Positions 60,541-64,000 of a stretch of DNA of 64,000 bases are shown here, piece after piece. A program made the position numbers and the translations under genes. The stretch is from assembly GCF_009914755.1 (NCBI RefSeq), contig NC_060940.1. The stretch is one strand, 5' to 3'. The stretch's first letter is position 1. Each line of letters opens with the position of its first letter. The notes beneath the pieces are model-generated. The model searched no databases. It saw nothing but the letters and a program-made list of their open reading frames with translations, and was not told the DNA's origin. Source of the stretch: the human T2T-CHM13v2.0 reference genome, Homo sapiens.

Positions 60541-60870
60541 GTGACTAACCTCAACTAATGAGGTTAGGGTTATGGTTTACATACCTAGCCAGTCAGGGAA
60601 ATCTACCCTAGGACTACAGATTACATCCATAACCCAGTTAGCAAATGTTGGCTAGTGTAGGAAGGTTGAAGGATGCTAGTGGCTTAGTACAATCTGTCAT
60701 CACACTTGAAAAATCCCCAAATACACATTACCTTTGATATGCAGCACAGCACCTGCATATAAACATTTGGATAGGCTGTCTGATACTCTTAGTGCACTGA
60801 GCTGGAAGAAGATAGCAATCCAGGTATCAGGGGCATGGTTAGAATGTACATCGTGAAAGTGATACCGGCA

Positions 60871-61009
60871 GGGCCTGGGCAGTGGCTCATGCCTGTAATC
60901 CCAGCACTTTGGGAGGTCAGGGCGGGAGAACTGCTTGAGTTCAGGAGGAGTTTGAAACCAGCCTGGGCAACATAGCGAGACTACTTTTTTTAATGGAAAA
61001 AAAAAAAAA
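60871..61009 (+). mobile_element. Alu left monomer (FLAM)
   Basis: TSD aaagtgatac. Confidence 0.88.
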
Positions 61010-61332
61010 GTGATACGGGCAGCCAAGGATAAAACAATGATATATCCTACTTTAAAAACATCAGATTGCCTTCAGTAACTGTATAGTGGGCAAACAATCA
61101 ACTGCAATGTTTATGTTCCATGTATCAAATGTGATAAGAGATTAATCCATTTAGTTGCTTAACCACAATAACAGCAGTTACCATGTGTGCCTGTACTGTG
61201 GTAGATGTTTCAGATATATTAACTTTAATTCTTACAACCACCCTTCAAGGTAAGAAGTATTATCCCCATTTATACATGAAAAAGCTATAGCTCCGAGGCC
61301 AAGAAACATGCTCAAAGCCCCTCAGCTGGTAA

Positions 61333-61671
<339 letters not shown>

Positions 61672-62597
61672 CCATACTCTTTTAACTTTCTGAATAAAAT
61701 ACTTTCCTAAGAATTTAACATATCATATACACTCACTTTTATTTTCAAGTAAGAGGATATTCATGAAGATGAAGGGGGACAGGAACTATTTTTCAGTTGG
61801 GGGAAAATACAGAATAACAAAATTTAGGTAAATTTTCAAGCACAAACAAAACAACCATGGGAAAGCCAGAATCAGAACCCAGATTTCAACATAAAAGACT
61901 TAATCTGCACCTTATCATACTTAAACTGGCATACAAAATACTGTTTTTCTCCTTACTCTATCCAACCATAGAGGTCCCCTCAACGAGCAGTAACCATTCT
62001 AGACCAGACCAATGGCCCTTCCCGTGGGCTCAGATGAGGAACATTGGATCCAACCTCTTCCATTTCATCTTGCTTCCTCATGGGAGAGATTATTTACCCA
62101 TTACAAGTTCCTCACCATCCCCTACCCACCCCCACCACAGCAAACTACACATATCATATGCACTTGCATTCACTCATACGTATCTTCCTCAGCTCTACTG
62201 AGTTAACTCTACCACAGGTTATTCCACTTCAGGAAACCTCTTACACATACAATCTCCGTAATTCCTCTGATAGGGCCAGAAAACCCAAAACACTGTTGAC
62301 ATATATAAGAAGAATCTCAGTGAACAACTATATCACATAGGAGGAATGCTGTAAGCTTTGAAGTCAAACCGATCAAGAATAAGAAAAATAAGCTGCACTT
62401 TCTTGTTCCTTTTTATCTTTTGAAAATGCAAATAGTAAAGCAACTGTATTGCTTTCTACTATTTTGTTGTTGCAGAAGTAAGTATTTCAACTACAACATG
62501 GACTTGTGGGCTAGCCTAGAAATCTAACTTCCGTATTGACCCAGAGAATCAACAAAACAACCTACAAATTAAGTTTCATCTTATAATATTAAAGTCA

Positions 62598-62900
<303 letters not shown>

Positions 62901-62964
62901 ATTAAAGTCAGGAATGATTATATAGTAGCTGGACTTCATTTTCTAAATAAAAACCAACTGATAC

Positions 62965-63261
62965 TTTTTTTTTTTTTGGAGATGGAGTTTTCGCTCTTGT
63001 TGCCCAGGCTGGAGTGCAATGACACGATCTTGGCTCACTGCAACCTCCGCCTCCTGGGTTCAAGCGATTCTCCTGCCTCAGCCTCCTGAGTAGCTGGGAT
63101 TACAGGCATGTGCCACCACGCCTGGCTAATTTTGTATTTTTAGTAGAGATGGGGTTTCTCTATGTTGGTCAGGCTGGTCTTGAACTCCCGACCTCAGCTG
63201 ATCTGCCCGCCTCGGCCTCCCAAAGTGCTGAGATTACAGGCGTGAGCCACCGCACCTGGCC
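62965..63261 (-). mobile_element. AluSp
   Basis: Same diagnostic bases in antisense; TSD ccaactgatac. Confidence 0.94.
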
Positions 63262-64000
63262 CCAACTGATACATTTTTTAAAAAAAAGAAGCCTGAATTC
63301 TATGGATATGCAGCTAATTTGATATGTAGCAATTTAAGTATCATACTTGTGAAAATGAGATAAGACTGGGAGTGCCAAATATTCCTGTCTTCTGAGCTCT
63401 AGTCCCTTTCTTCTTGCATATCCTACTATCACCTCAAACAGAACATGTCTAAATCAACTCCTCACTTTTTACAATCACCTCACTCTCTAAATTCCCAATT
63501 TTATTCCCTAGCCCAGGTTCAAAATCTTAGTGTTAACCATAACATTTCCTCTTTCCTGCCCTGTGCAAGCTTAGACTGAATGCTGCCTAAGATACAAAGA
63601 TCAACAAATCATATTCCCTGCTCTCAAAGAACTTTAAAAAAATCTATACTACAAAAAAATTATACTAGAAAATAGGGCAAGTACCACACAAATAACCATG
63701 ACACAGATATGCTACCATAAAAAATGTGCAAAGTGTTACCAAGGGGTTGGAAAATCACTTTAGGTAAGGGATCAAAAAAGGTTTTATGAAGATAGCAACT
63801 GATATGCTCGGAAGATGGGTAGGATACTGATAAAACAGGGACTGGAGAGAGTGAGAGGACCAAAGAATTACAGATGAGAATACAGATTACACACAGGAAA
63901 CAGAAAGTAATACAGAGGGGCTAGAATGTACATTCATGCGGGGAAAAAAGCAGGATCTAAGGCCAGAAAGTATTATAAGTTGGAGCCAGATTGTGAAAAT

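Overview
Primate (human-like) genomic DNA containing the 3' part of MOSMO (C16orf52, modulator of Smoothened, a PMP22/claudin-like tetraspan) on the minus strand. Visible parts are coding exon 2 (7492-7704, 213 nt), the final coding exon (CDS 2311-2495) and a long 3' UTR that appears to run off the left edge. Everything right of 7704 is more than 56 kb of the upstream intron; exon 1 and the promoter are outside the window. The intron is dense in Alu, L1, L2, MIR, MaLR/ERV LTRs and DNA transposons, and most other ORFs in the track are Alu-derived or chance. I do not see a new multi-gene system. The best leads are: (1) a zero-spacer inverted Alu junction that looks like a multi-kb deletion scar (49641); (2) several hairpin/templated-insertion scars (15474, 27864, 33827, 37504); (3) a strong candidate 101-nt poison exon (18754-18854); (4) exon 2 open in two frames and bracketed by inverted Alus; (5) a strong CTCF-like motif (5272). 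Repeat subfamily names come from recalled consensus sequences and repeat boundaries are approximate.
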